A stretch of DNA of 64,000 nucleotides from Macrostomum hystrix (taxonomy: Eukaryota; Animalia; Platyhelminthes): NCBI GenBank assembly GCA_950097015.1, contig CATNEN010000038.1:32488001-32552000 (forward strand), read 5' to 3'. A program made the position numbers and the translations under genes. Shown here piece by piece: positions 37,601 through 50,710 of this stretch (within the stretch, counting starts at the first letter, position 1; every line of letters starts with the position of its first letter). The notes under the pieces were generated by a model that saw only the letters and a list, made by a program, of their open reading frames with translations, was not told where the DNA came from and searched no databases.

Positions 37601-39883
37601 AGCATCAGCTTCAGAGACTGACGGAAATTCCACGGGGCTGAGCCGAGACGAAAAACTAACGGAGAAGGAGCGTCAGAAAATCAACGAGGCGAGTTGCTTT
37701 TGTTTTGCAAAAACGGGTATTTGAAACGTAAATGTATTTATCCTGTACCAACCGACAGGTCTCAGACATTTGACTGTCAAAATTTGATTGCCGCTTTATT
37801 TGGTTGCGTGCCGAGATGCTTGATTGCCAGCTACTATAAAAATCCCTGGCTCATCTTTTATTAAATCTAAAACCTCTCGTAACACCCTTTGTCATATCTA
37901 ACACCCTTTGTCATATCTAACACCCTTTGTCATATCTAACACCCTTTGTTATATCTAAACCCCTCTCGCCAAATCTATTACTTTCTCGTCAAGTCTTACA
38001 CTTTTTCGTCGTATCTAACGCCCTCAACTCAAATCTAACACTCTCGTCATATCTAACACACTCTCGTCATATCTAACACACTCTCGTCATATCTAACACA
38101 CTCTCGTCATATCTAACACCCTTTGTCATATCTAACACCCTTTGTCATATCTAACACCCTTTGTTATATCTAACACCCTTTGTCATATCTAACACCCTTT
38201 GTTATATCTAAACCCCTCTCGCCAAATCTATTACTTTCTCGTCAAGTCTTACACTTTTTCGTCGTATCTAACGCCCTCAACTCAAATCTAACACTCTCGT
38301 CATATCTAACACACTCTCGTGATATCTAACACACTCTCGTCATATCTAACACACTCTCGTCATATCTAACACACTCTCGTCATATCTAACACCCTTTGTC
38401 ATATCTAACACCCTTTGTCATATCTAACACCCTTTGTTATATCTAACACCCTTTGTCATATCTAACACCCTTTGTTATATCTAACATCCTTTGTCATATC
38501 TAACACCCTTTGTTATATCTAAACCCCTCTCGCCAAATCTATTACTTTCTCGTCAAGTCTTACACTTTTTCGTCGTATCTAACGCCCTCAACTCAAATCT
38601 AACACTCTCGTCATATCTAACACACTCTCGTGATATCTAACACACTCTCGTCATATCTAACACACTCTCGTCATATCTAACACACTCTCGTCATATCTAA
38701 CACACTCTCGTCATATCTAACACACTCTCGTCATATCTAACACACTCTCGTCATATCTAACACTCTCTCGTCATATCTAACACACTCTCGTCATATCCAA
38801 CACACTCTCGTCATATCTAACGCACTCTCGTCATATCTAACACACTCTCGTCATATCTAACACACTCTCGTCATATCTAACACACTCTCGTCATATCTAA
38901 CACACTCTCGTCATATCTAACGCACTCTCGTCAAATCTAACACACTCTCGTCATATCTAAAACACTCTCGTCATATCTAACACACTCTCGTCAAATCTAA
39001 CACACTCTCGTCAAATCTAACACACTCTTGTCATATCTAACACACTCTCGTCATATCTAACACACTCTCGTCAAATCTAACACACTCTCGTCATATCCAA
39101 CACACTCTCGTCATATCTAACACACTCTCGTCATATCTAACATACTCTCGTCATATCTAACACACTCTCGTCATATCTAACACACTCTCGTCATATCTAA
39201 CACACTCTCGTCATATCTAACACACTCTCGTCATATCTAACATACTCTCGTCATATCTAACACACTCTCGTCATATCTAACACACTCTCGTCATATCTAA
39301 CACATTCTCGTCATATCTAACACACTCTCGTCATATCTAACACACTCTCGTCATATCTAACACACTCTCGTCATATCTAACACACTCTCGTCATATCTAA
39401 CACACTCTCGTCATATCTAACACACTCTCGTCACGATTTTAGTTCTTTCTTCGGCATGGTATGCAAAGAGTTGAGAATATTCAGGTCTAATATACTCCAT
39501 GCAGAGATCGCAGAGGCGTCGCAATGCTGCCAAATTTGTGGACAACGAAATGGTAAGTAAAAAATTAAGTTCCAATAGTGTGGATTCTAATTTTATTTTT
39601 ATAGATTTTTATCTATCTCGCTTGAAAACCTAGCAGCCACAGCAGACTCAGCAGCAGCAGCAGCAGTCTCAGCAGCCTCAGCAACAGCAGCAGCAGCAGC
39701 CTCAGCAGCAGGCGGCTTCAGAACGGCGCAACGCCCTTCAAGCTGGCAGGCTTTGGCTCAGCTCGAAGCCTTCAGGCGATCGCTTCATAAGCATGTACAA
39801 CAGTCGGCGCATGACGACAGGCGAGTCAGAAGCTGAAGACCCGCCAGCTGAGGAGGTCAGCGTAGCTAACAGTCAGGACTGAT
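31681..39883 (+). CDS. Cyclic nucleotide-binding domain protein, CNBD2-like (two CNB folds)
   Basis: Confident exons 31926-32902 and 33933-34227 ([37 protein letters not shown]|DMFGEE, PTDAQL...WEAFR). Probable exons 31681-31721, 34503-~34591, 34668-34816, 36129-36260, 37460-37688, ~39505-39552 and ~39634-39883; their phases are not fully resolved. AATAAA at ~39949. Confidence 0.75.
33330..33830 (-). mobile_element. 3' fragment of RNase H-bearing LINE (Ingi/I-group-like)
   Basis: [14 protein letters not shown] and [16 protein letters not shown]...ADASAR (RNase H), then LLAQLRTG...HLLFDC (C-terminal zinc-knuckle region). Frameshifted, intronic and antisense to the CNBD gene. Confidence 0.8.
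34326..34448. repeat. 15-bp tandem repeat (ACTGGATGGTTGCTG)n
   Basis: About 8 direct copies. Confidence 0.95.
35112..35490. repeat. (ATTCCT)n microsatellite abutting a 23-24-bp repeat (AGAACTAATGCCCCCAGCAACAG)n
   Basis: Direct tandem copies; the unit switches at ~35195. Confidence 0.95.
35655..35926 (-). mobile_element. tRNA-derived CORE-SINE
   Basis: B-box GGTTCGATTCCC, then TGTGTCCTTTAGCAAGATACTAACTCT...CAGTTCACCCAGCTGTTGAATGGGTACC, which aligns by eye to the MIR CORE domain; (ATT)n tail. Confidence 0.75.
36443..36791 (-). mobile_element. tRNA-derived SINE family 1, full-length
   Basis: A-box TGGCAGAGCGG, B-box-like CTTCGATTCC, body shared with two other copies in the window, AT-rich tail. 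Confidence 0.8.
36945..37368 (-). mobile_element. tRNA-derived SINE family 2 (family-1 head, different body)
   Basis: The first ~110 nt (GTGGCAGAGCG...CTCGATTCTGTGGCGAGGCCACATTTATTTGGGG...GAAGGCTTGGGGGCTT) match family 1, then the sequence diverges. The 3' boundary is uncertain. Confidence 0.6.
37875..39433. repeat. 20-bp minisatellite (CTCTCGTCATATCTAACACA)n with higher-order block triplication
   Basis: About 75 units; an ~80-bp block of diverged units recurs at ~37960, ~38210 and ~38520. Confidence 0.95.
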
Positions 39884-40080
39884 GACTCACTGGCTTTGGT
39901 GTCAAGCTACGGATTGACTCATCGATTCTATTTGCACTTGCCTCGTTTAATAAACTGTTCATGCAAATCGAGTTTTATCTAACAAGACTGTTGATTTACT
40001 CGAAAATAAAAATACGCAAGCTCGAAGAAACAACTATAGGCCTTGGATATGAAATCTTGTAACTGTCTGGCCTGGTTTAA

Positions 40081-40691
40081 CAGTTGGAATACTGGCAAGC
40101 CATTTTGCCACCCGTTTTTAAACCAAGGGTGGGAATCCCCCTGAAAACATTTTTGGAAGCGCCTGAATGCTACAGCGTTGGGTGGTGACTGATTGGTTGA
40201 CAGACTAGGTCACTAGGCGATGGTGTCCTGTGGTTGACCTGCGCCCAATATTTAGGCATGATCTCTGAAATTGAAGAAATTCGCGTCAGGGTGTCCATAG
40301 TGGCCTATTTCCACCTGTTGTAGCCCTTGAAGGTCAAGCTAGTCCGTCTAGATGAATTTAGGTGACCAGTGAAGATAGAGATAATGCAGGCACATTCGGT
40401 TGACATGCTGATAAATTTTGAAGGCCTGGCAAGGCTGCACAGAGGTGCAGTGCTAATTTGTGTATGGGAGTGTATGAAATACACTAGCGCTTATAGGAAA
40501 AATTCAACCTCCAGCCAGAACCATTGAATATCTCGACGATCTGAAGAGCTGGCGGATTGATTCTTGTTTCAGAAGATGCGCAACAAAAAGTTGGCCCGTG
40601 TTCTTGAGTTTCGTGTGCTTGCGTTGCACCGTTCGGGTGCAGCACAGAGATTTGTCAGGGGGGGATTCGCCCCTTTCTTATAGTTCTACCG
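40081..40691. mobile_element. piggyBac-like MITE, copy 3
   Basis: TTAA flanks at 40077-80 and 40692-95; degenerate TIRs; body homologous to copies 1 and 2. Sits between the convergent 3' ends of the CNBD and NHL genes. Confidence 0.8.
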
Positions 40692-40954
40692 TTAAGTCCG
40701 GGCTGAAGCGCCTTCTATTAACAAACACAATTATATGATGTACACACGAACATAAGTACATTATGTACACATGAAAGGAAGCACTAGGCCGAGCAGTTTG
40801 TGTTCTTGTGCAAGACGCTTTATATTCCTCGTTAAAAATAGAACCAGAAATCGAGCCATGCACTTGCTACTTTGATTTGTTTCCGATTCTCGTAAGTCCG
40901 TTACTAAACGGGCCCTTATATTGATTGATCAGGTACTGGAGGCATTGCTAGAGA

Positions 40955-43900
40955 CTAGAGTCTAAACACTTGAATGCGCCTATTGTCCAGGTCGCAAACA
41001 AACAACTCGGAAGTATCCGCAGCCACCGTGAGGCCGCCAGGAGACCCGAACTGCTCAAAGCCTGGCACCAGTTTGCGCTGAAGGCGGCACCGACTGTCCA
41101 GAATCTTGACCGCGTTCTCGCAGCCGCCGCCGACTGTGACGTAGACGCTCCTATCCAGATCGGTGGTTAGGAACAGCGGACAGCGCAGCGGCGTCGAGTA
41201 CATCGGCTCCAGACTGTCCGAATTGAAGGCGAAGATCCGGTTGGCGCCGCGGTCGGACACGAGCAGCTGGCCGCGCAGCAGGCAGACGGAGCTGAGGCCG
41301 TCTGTGAAGCCGCTGTGCGCGAGGCTGCCACGCTGGGACAGTGTGTCCAGGCAGTAGACGGAGACGTATTCGTTGACTCTGTCGGCGATGTAGAGCCTGT
41401 GGTACATTGTAGAATTCAATTCATCATGAAATGTGTCACTTAACAGTAGACACACCAGGCTAGTTTCTCCATACAGGGAAAATACCACAGGGGATATTTT
41501 AAACACCAGTTGCCTAAGTCACGATAGCTCCAAAAACCAAATGACCGACTTTCGTGAAAGCCCACCTTATGGATCAAAATCTTTCTGCCCTTAGAATGTT
41601 TCAAAACTTTCAGAACGGTCCGAGTCAGCATCGTCGAGAATCGTTTAATATCGCGACGATGCAAATGTTTTGGGATTCTGGAAGTTGTTTCATTGGTTAG
41701 AGTGGAATACATTAGCCCATGATGTCAGGTTCTTAGTCTAGCAAAGTTTTTTTTATTGATTGAAACAATGATACCATGACAACCATGGCTTCAGATATTT
41801 AGCTGAATGGCAGAATACCTTCTGGAAGTTTCGTCCACGCAATGGCCAACTATCCAACTGAATGTGTGCAGGGACTTCTGCGCGCGGCCGCACAGGTCGC
41901 AGATGTACAGGCTGTGATAGTCGGACACCAGCAGTTTATTTGAGGCTCGCATGTAGCTGAGTCGTTCGAAATTACCTGGCTTGTCCGACTCACCTGAGTA
42001 ATGCGATTGTGATAAAGCTTGATAGCGCTATTTTCCTGCCTACGATGAACTAGCTTTCAAAGCCATCGTCGAGACATCCAGCGATTCTTGTCAAAGACCC
42101 AGGTGACAAGGACAACTGACATTGGTCTGTATAAACCGACATTTCTCGTATGGTGAATCCATATTTGTTCAATCATATAAATATTAACAATATTACTAAA
42201 CAATAATAAAAATACTCGATTATTGTTACATGATGAAATTTGGTAAACAGAATAATTCTGCCTATATTATTTGTGGTTTTTGTCACTAGACACCCCGACG
42301 AGAATCTTTGGATATCTCGATGAACCCGATGTTCGGGATTCTTAATGTTGTTTTATCATATAGAGCGGAAAATATTAGACCGTTTTCTGGATTTAAATGC
42401 GTGGGACTTTTAGGGTACAGAAAAAATGTGGGTATTTGAAATACCCCGTGCTCTTTTTAAAGTTTTTACGAATACTGCTAACAGTGACTGACTGACAGTA
42501 ATCTGTGAAACCACAGAGTGACAGAGTGACAGTGACACACACAGTACCGGTGACAGTGGACAGTGACACACACAGTAACGGTGACAGTGGACAGTGACAC
42601 ACACAGTACCGGTGACAGTGGACAGTGACACACACAGTAACGGTGACAGTGGACAGTGACACACACAGTAACGGTGACACAGTGGACAGTGACACACACA
42701 GTACCGGTGACAGTGGACAGTGACACACACAGTACCGGTGACAGTGGACAGTGACACACACAGTAACGGTGACAGTGGACAGTGACACACACAGTACCGG
42801 TGACAGTGGACAGTGACACACACAGTACCGGTGACAGTGGACAGTGCACACACAGTAACGGTGACACAGTGGACAGTGACACACACAGTACCAGTGACAG
42901 TGGACAGTGACACACAGTACCGGTGACAGTCGACAGTGACACACAGTGGCAGTCACATCAAGAAGTCCCCACCGTCCTGGATGCCGAAGCGCGTCAGCAG
43001 CCGGCCGTGCGTATCTACCACAGCGATATCGCGCGAGTCGCTGACAGCGCAGTACAGTGTTTGCCTGGGCAGCGGCCTCCAGCCCGACTCAGCTTGATAA
43101 TTGGACGCGTCCAGGTAGGCTAGCCCACTGCCGTCTGACCTGTAGTGTATGCTGTTGTTTTCATTAACAACCAGGGCAATGTCCAGAGCCTCAACACCGT
43201 CAAGGATCCGCAGCGGTCTAGCTGTTTCTCGTATCCGGCGACGCTGACTGCTAGTGACAGCTCGCAACCTGCAGAGTTCAGAGTCAGTGGGGACATGTTT
43301 TTATTACTTCAACTCAGATTCCGTATGCTGAAAATCAGTCATAATTATCACCTCGATCGACTTGCACCGGTCGCAGCTTCGGCCCCAGTGGGCAGAGGTT
43401 TCAGGCTTGACTGGCTGACAGCTCGCGAAAATTGCTGCATCAACCGACGCAGCTTGGACAGGTATAGCTGGGCAGTTTCATCGCTGAGGCCTTGAGCAGT
43501 AGGAGTCAAATCTTCTGAGTCCGGATCCGAGATTGGCGCCGTCACCGACGCGGCGGCCGGACTCGAGCTCTGACTTTCCGACTTCATCAGCCGCTCCAGG
43601 GCACCTTTTTGACTTTCGAATCGACCCAGCAGTTTCTGCAAACAGGAATCGAATTTTACGCTTTTCTGGAGCGCGAGATTGCCGCAAGGAGCATCTGCCG
43701 CGGCCAGAGCACACAAAACAATCCGAACCTGAAGCTCGTCGTTGATGATCTGGCTGCTCTGCTGGCTGAATTCCAACAGTTTTTCCATTTCATCTTCCAG
43801 AAACATAACCCGACTACTGTGGCCCAGATTGCAAATAGGGTGCCTATGCTGCTGCTGCTGCTGCTTTTGTCTTGCTGACTTTAACACCGCTTTCAATTGC

Positions 43901-44043
43901 GCTGGTGACGACCCTTCCGAATTGTCGTCCGAATTGCTTTTAGGATCAGTTGAGTCGGCTAAGCTGCCTTGAACCAGGCTCAATTTGAGATGCCTGCTTA
44001 CATTGGCAGCACCATCCTCTGACGAAGGACTCGAAGATGACAT
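40955..44043 (-). CDS. NHL-repeat (beta-propeller) protein with N-terminal coiled coil
   Basis: Exons 44043-43352, 43268-42957, ~41995-41819 (5' boundary unresolved) and 41396-40955. NHL motifs RLYIADRVNEYVSVY, QLLVSDRGANRIFAF and FGSPGGLTV...LFVCDLDNRRIQVF. Confidence 0.75.
42515..42952. repeat. 31-bp minisatellite (ACAGTGGACAGTGACACACACAGTACCGGTG)n
   Basis: About 14 copies, starting immediately after the splice donor at 42956. Confidence 0.95.
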
Positions 44044-44099
44044 TCGGCGGCTGCGGAGCCAACTTGAGCACTATCAGGATGGCAATTTGTTTCATAATT

Positions 44100-44637
44100 T
44101 TGAGTATAGGACTATAGCAATCCATTAAATTAATTTCAATTTGAGCACTAGAATAGCAGTCCATTCAATCATCCTCACCTTGAGCATTGACTAGCAATCC
44201 ATTAAACCTTACTCACCTTGAGCATTGACTAGCAATCCATTCAACCATCCTCACCTTGAGCATTGACTAGCAATCCATTAAACCTTACTCACCTTGAGCA
44301 TAGACTAGCAATCCATTAAATTAATTTAAATTTGAGCACTAGAATAGCAGTCCATTCAACCATCCTCACCTTGAGCATTGACTAGCAATCCATTAAACCT
44401 TACTCACCTTGAGCATAGACTAGCAATCCATTAAATTAATTTAAATTTGAGCACTAGAATAGCAGTCCATTCAACCATCCTCACCTTGAGCATTGACTAG
44501 CAATCCATTCAACCATCCTCACCTTAAGCATAGATTTGCAATCCATTTAATCGTCCTCACCTTGAGCAAAGAAGCTATCCATTAAATCATCCTCACCTTG
44601 AGCATAGACTAGCAATCCAGTCAATAATCCTCACCTT
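44100..44637. repeat. 38-bp minisatellite upstream of the NHL start codon
   Basis: TTGAGCATTGACTAGCAATCCATTAAACCTTACTCACC and variants, about 14 copies. Confidence 0.92.
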
Positions 44638-47543
44638 AGTATGCAATATAATATATTCTGGACTCACTACACAGGTGCAAATGAGGCCGAGCTATGGCAG
44701 TGTCGGTCAACCGCAAATCAACCTTGACAGTATTAGCGGGTACAATTAAACAATTTTTCCACCTGATTGGCCACCAAGCCTGCAGTTGCTGCGACAGAAA
44801 ATATTTCTCGCTTCCTCCGCGTTTACCTTTCAGAATGAGCAAATTACTATGCTGCCTGCAATCTTTATAAAATGAAATTCCATGTTCGGTTCTGACCGAA
44901 TTCTCTATGCACGCGATTAAATATTGTGCCAAGCTGGTCTTTCTCTAGAAAGGCCGTAGAACTCGGCCTACAAAAATGCATGTACAGTATCTAAACTTCG
45001 TCCGCGCTTATATTTGTGTCACCTGCACTGTACGTGCGATCTGCCGCTGTTAAAAAGATACACAATTTAAAACTGCAAATACTAGCATTGAACTGAGCAA
45101 CGATATCCATGATTTCATTAATATACATGATTACGCATTGTTCACATGTACATGAGACTATACGAGCGCATAAAGTTTCAAGGACTACTAAAGTAACTTC
45201 CTTTTGTCTCCAGTCTGTACACTCGCTAATTCGTACTTTTCAAAGCAATGCGCGATGCATGATGAACAATTTTCTGTTTATGTGCATTTTTAATACCGAA
45301 TTTTCAAAACTTGCTGATAAAAAGTAACGACAAATAGCGAATGAATAAGACGTTAATTAAATTTACCTACTTGTCATGCTTGCCTGAAGTATTTATGTCT
45401 GTTAAGCCAATTCTTGAGTTGTATTATCACGATATAATATAACGACACATGTCGAGATAAAAAACTGTATCAAATTATTAAATTAGGTTTTTAAACGGAA
45501 TTTTAACGAAATCTTAGCCAAAATAAAAACTTAAAATGTTATACATTATTTGTCCCGTAAGGTATTTAAGTGATAAAAATTATATCAATATTGTACGGGC
45601 AGGTTGAAGGGCACCCGTGTTACACTCCGTGAAGCCAAATCTGCGTTACAACACGACCTTCAAAGCGGTACTCTATACAATAGCTTTCAATTATATAAAT
45701 ATGAAGGGAGCAATGACAAGTGGCTGCAAGATATTTTGAAGATTGTTGTTGAACTAAATATAATTAAAGACCTATGTACACAATTAGTAAATTACAAAAA
45801 TACATTTATAATATACGTACTGTATATGCATTGGCCAGCTTTACTTTAAGTATGTTAACGTGTCTTTTAATTGTTTTACTGCGGCTTCTTTCAAGGAAAA
45901 AGCTTTCAAACCTAAAATAAAAATATGACCTCACTTACTACTCACGAATTCGAAGACCGTTGCAAGATAGCTGCCTTGCTTTCTTGACTGTTTGGTTCAA
46001 AAGAAAAAAATGAGCAGAAAAATCTGAAATCGATGCAGAAGCACAAGTATCAACTGGGGTAGTGTTACAACTGCAGCCTGCAGGCACAAATTATGGGTTA
46101 AATGCCAATTTCTGCTACTCTAGTAAGCTAGTTGTGTCTGTCCTAAAATTTAAATCCCATATCATGAAGATAACGGTAACGATACAATATAATTATATGT
46201 ATTTAAGAAGTAAAAAGCATCCTGAAACTAAAGACAAGCCTGCCTGACTTTAGCCTCACTAGCTTAATGTGTGCTCAGAGTTTGCCAGTCTTGAGTTATG
46301 TGTCATTAATGTTGTCTAGGTCTAGTCTAGCCGAAATAGGCAGGTCTATAAAAATATTCTATTAAGCCTTAAAGCTTATCTAAAATTTGATTTTTAAAGT
46401 ATTGGTTTAGTATAATTTTGCGTCCTTGTAGCTAATTGTTCTGAATAACTAAGTGAGACATAATTATAGACGTGGCACTTTTCTTTATTATTATTATATA
46501 TTATATAATGATAATTTAATAATAATTATTTAATAATTTAATAATTATAATAATTATTTAATAATTATATATTATTATTATATATTATTATATGTTTAAA
46601 ATGTTGTAAGAGTTTTCTATCTTTCTTTGTAAATTTAGTAATTGTTAGGCCTATTTATAAATTGCTATCAGAAAAATAGAACTATAAAAAGAAGCAGCAA
46701 TCATTATATTTAAAGTAAAATTTAGTCCTACCTAAATTAGGTGATTTGCTTTGCTTTTATGTTAGATGGTGTTAGTATGAAATAATGCACCTAAAATCTT
46801 TTAAATATTTTGGGTCTTTTTACTTTATGACAGCTTTTTAGGGACTTATTGAACTTTAATCCATAAAATAATTTAGGTTTTCTGATCAACTTTATATTTA
46901 TTTACTTATATCTGCTATCTTCTAATTGGTCAATAAAATATATTATTGTCTAGTTGGTCCCCATGACTCTGTTGAATTTTAATTCTAGTTATTATTTATT
47001 TATTTATTATTTATCTTACCAAGAACCTTCATTTTACCTGTCCATTGCTTTTGCTTAGTCTAGTATAATTATATATCTGGGCTTCCCACAAAAGCTTTTA
47101 AGCTAATCATAGGATAAATAGGACAAAGCCTCAATAGGTCCCCATGACTATATTAAAGTTTAGTCCTTTTTATTATTTTGTTTAATGAAACATTAAAGAA
47201 TAGTTTTATGAGATTTATGAAAGTTTTATGAAAGTTCAAGAAGCCCGTATTTGTTCATTTTTATGCCTTAAAGACTGGTATGATCTGATGCAATGTACAA
47301 AGTCCACACAAAAAAGTTATCTTGGTAATCAAATAAAATCCTTTTAATAAAAATTTCTAGCTAAACATTGTGCAAATTTTATAATAGCAAATAGTCCATT
47401 TTAGCTATTAAGCCACCCTCAACTTGTACTAATTTGCAGACACACCTAGTTCAGCCAATTAACACTCACCATAAGCTTCTTAAACGAGGCTGTATTGTAG
47501 GCTTCTTTGTTAGTAAAAAGGTGGCGCTTAGGTCCACGTCGCC

Positions 47544-48023
47544 ATGGCAGCAAGCACTGTCGCCAGCCTTATGACATCAATGGCTGCAGCGCCGCAGAAC
47601 ACTTTGACAACGCCGCCTGACGGCTACAGCCAGCCTCCGCTCACTGGCAGCAATCGGCTTCCATTCAGCGTCGAACTGGGCCTCGGCATCGGCGTCCTGC
47701 TGCTGCTGCTGTTGCTGACTGCCTCCTTTGTCTCCCTGAAGCAGCACTGCTTCAATAGGCGACAACACAGACGCAGAAGGTTGCTATTAAATAATGGCGG
47801 AGGTGGTGCCGGCGACGTTCAAGGCGTCGGTCGCAGCCGGGGCGGAGGTCGCCGTCACGGCGGACGCTACAACATCGCCGAGGACAATCTATTCTACGAC
47901 GATAAATTAGGCTACTTCGAAGGCTACAGCATGATCGAGAATACGGCGGCTGTCACGGCGATAACAGACGAAGATGCCGGCGACGATGTTGCGGTGCTTG
48001 GCAGTGGCGCGAATCGACAGTGA
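47544..48023 (+). CDS. Intronless 159-aa single-pass membrane protein of unknown function
   Basis: Strong start context GCCATGG; GC-rich ORF in AT-rich surroundings; one TM (LGLGIGVLLLLLLLTASFVSL) followed by basic RRQHRRRR; AATAAA ~50 nt after the stop. Confidence 0.8.
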   Translation: MAASTVASLMTSMAAAPQNTLTTPPDGYSQPPLTGSNRLPFSVELGLGIGVLLLLLLLTASFVSLKQHCFNRRQHRRRRLLLNNGGGGAGDVQGVGRSRGGGRRHGGRYNIAEDNLFYDDKLGYFEGYSMIENTAAVTAITDEDAGDDVAVLGSGANRQ

Positions 48024-48222
48024 CAATAGTTTTCTGTCAGTTTCTCAAACTCAAATAATTTCAACTGTTGTCAATAAATTATTTTGTAATATTCATTTTT
48101 TATTTAGAGATTTTTAATTGATTTCACATTGTTTAATCAGCCACCAAACAAACTGTCAGTCAACTTCCATTTATTCACCATTCTGTAGTTTAATTGCTTG
48201 AAATTTTAGTAAATATTGCCCT

Positions 48223-49143
48223 GTTTCCCCACACCCCATTGGTTTTGAAACTACTGATTTCCCCACACCCCAGTGGGGTTAAAACTACTGATTTCCCCAC
48301 ACCCCATTGGTTTTGAAGCTACTGATTTCCCCACACCCCATTGGTTTTGAAACTACTGATTTCCCCACACCCCATTGGTTTTGAAACTACAGATTTCCCC
48401 ACACTCCAGTGGGGTTAAAACTACTGATTTCCCCACACTCCAGTGGGGTTAAAACTACTGATTTCCCCACACTCCAGTGGGGTTAAAACTACTGATTTCC
48501 CCACATCCCAGTAGGGTTAAAACTACTGATTTCCCCACACCCCAGTGGGGTTAAAACTACTGATTTCCCCACACCCCAGTAGGGTTAAAACTACTGATTT
48601 CCCCACACCCCAGTGGGGTTAAAACTACTGATTTCCCCACACCCCAGTAGGGTTAAAACTACTGATTTCCCCACACCCCAGTAGGTTTAAAACTACTGAT
48701 TTCCCCACATCCCAGTAGGGTTAAAACTACTGATTTCCCCACACCCCAGTGGGGTTAAAACTACTGATTTCCCCACACCCCAGTGGGGTTAAAACTACTG
48801 ATTTCCCCACACCCCAGTAGGTTTAAAACTACTGATTTCCCCACATCCCAGTAGGGTTAAAACTACTGATTTCCCCACACCCCAGTGGGGTTAAAACTAC
48901 TGATTTCCCCACACCCCAGTGGGGTTAAAACTACTGATTTCCCCACACCCCAGTAGGTTTAAAACTACTGATTTCCCCACACCCCATTGGTTTTGAAACT
49001 ACTGATTTCCCCACACCCCATTGGTTTTGAAACTACTGATTTCCCCACACCCCATTGGTTTTGAAACTACTGATTTCCCCACACCCCATTGGTTTTGAAA
49101 CTACAGATTTCCCCACACTCCATTTTACTAATTTCCCCACACC
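48223..49143. repeat. 34-bp minisatellite (AAACTACTGATTTCCCCACACCCCAGTGGGGTTA)n
   Basis: About 27 copies; the CATTGGTTTTGA variant is at both edges and the CAGTGGGGTTAA variant is in the middle. Confidence 0.95.
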
Positions 49144-49597
49144 TGTAACGACTTTTAGATTGAAAATATTGTTAAAAACTTATAATTTCTCTTCTAATGA
49201 TTACCTCTGATTTATTTATTGAGAAGTGTATGCTTTCACAGAGTACATTTAATCTGTTGATATGCTTGGCCTGCTCCTAATACCCCCTACTCTGCTTCAA
49301 CTCCGGCTTTTATGCATGCCCTGCTTTTTTTATCACCCGTGATGAGCTCTGTGTTCCTATGGCAACTTGCGATTCCTCCTGAACAGCTTGCTGTTCTTTT
49401 TTTTGATTGTTGACCTTTATTATTTTATTTATGCTTTAATCAGAAGCAACTAGTTGTAGAATATCCTTTCCATTCTGGCTTTGAGATCGCTGCATACTAA
49501 GGAAGTTCCGCTTTGATGAATAAAGTGCATTCTGAGGGCGATAGAAAAAAGTAGATAAAGCTTTAGATATAAAGCTACTATAGGCTCCATAAATGAC

Positions 49598-50710
49598 ACA
49601 GGAAATATTAGACATTAGAGAGAAGAGATTAGACACGGAAGAGATTAGACATTGGAGAGATAAGACACGGAATAGATTAGACATTAGAGAGCTGAGACAC
49701 GGAAGACACTAGACATTGGAGAGATGAGACACAGAATGGATTAGACATTGGAGAGATGAGACACGGAAGAGATTAGACATTGGAGAGATAAGACACGGAA
49801 GAGATTAGACATTGGAGAGATGAGACACAGAATGGATTAGACATTGGAGAGATGAGACACAGAATGGATTAGACATTGGAGAGAAGAGATTAGACATTAG
49901 AGAGAAGAGATTAGACACAGAATGGATTAGACATTGAGAGATAAGACGCGGAAGAGATTAGACATTGGAGAGATAAGACACAGAATGGATTAGACATTGG
50001 AGAGATAAGACACGGAAGAGATTAGACATTGGAGAGAAGAGATTAGACATTAGAGAGAAGAGATTAGACACAGAATGGATTAGACATTGGAGAGATAAGA
50101 CACGGAAGAGATTAGACATTGGAGAGATAAGACACGGAAGAGATTAGACATTGGAGAGAAGAGATTAGACATTAGAGAGAAGAGATTAGACACAGAATGG
50201 ATTAGACATTGGAGAGCTGAGACACGGAAGACAATAGACATTGGAGAGATGAGACACAGAATGGATTAGACATTGGAGAGATGAGACACGGAAGAGATTA
50301 GACATTGGAGAGATAAGACACGGAAGAGATTAGACATTGGAGAGATGAGACACGGAATAGATTAGACATTGGAGAGATAAGACACGGAATAGATTAGACA
50401 TTGGAGAGATAAGACACGGAATAGATTAGACATTGGAGAGATAAGACACGGAATAGATTAGACATTGGAGAGATGAGACACGGAATAGATTAGACATTGG
50501 AGAGATATGACACGGAATAGATTAGACATTGGAGAGATAAGACACGGAATAGATTAGACATTGGAGAGATGAGACACGGAATAGATTAGACATTGGAGAG
50601 ATAAGACAAGGAATAGATTAGACATTGGAGAGATGAGACACGGAAGACATTAGACATTGGAGAGATGAGTGAAAAGATAAGGCCACGGGATAGATTAGAC
50701 ACGGGAGGGA
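49598..50710. repeat. ~32-bp purine-rich minisatellite (AGATTAGACATTGGAGAGATAAGACACGGAAT)n
   Basis: Tandem copies with shorter variants and block duplications. Confidence 0.93.
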
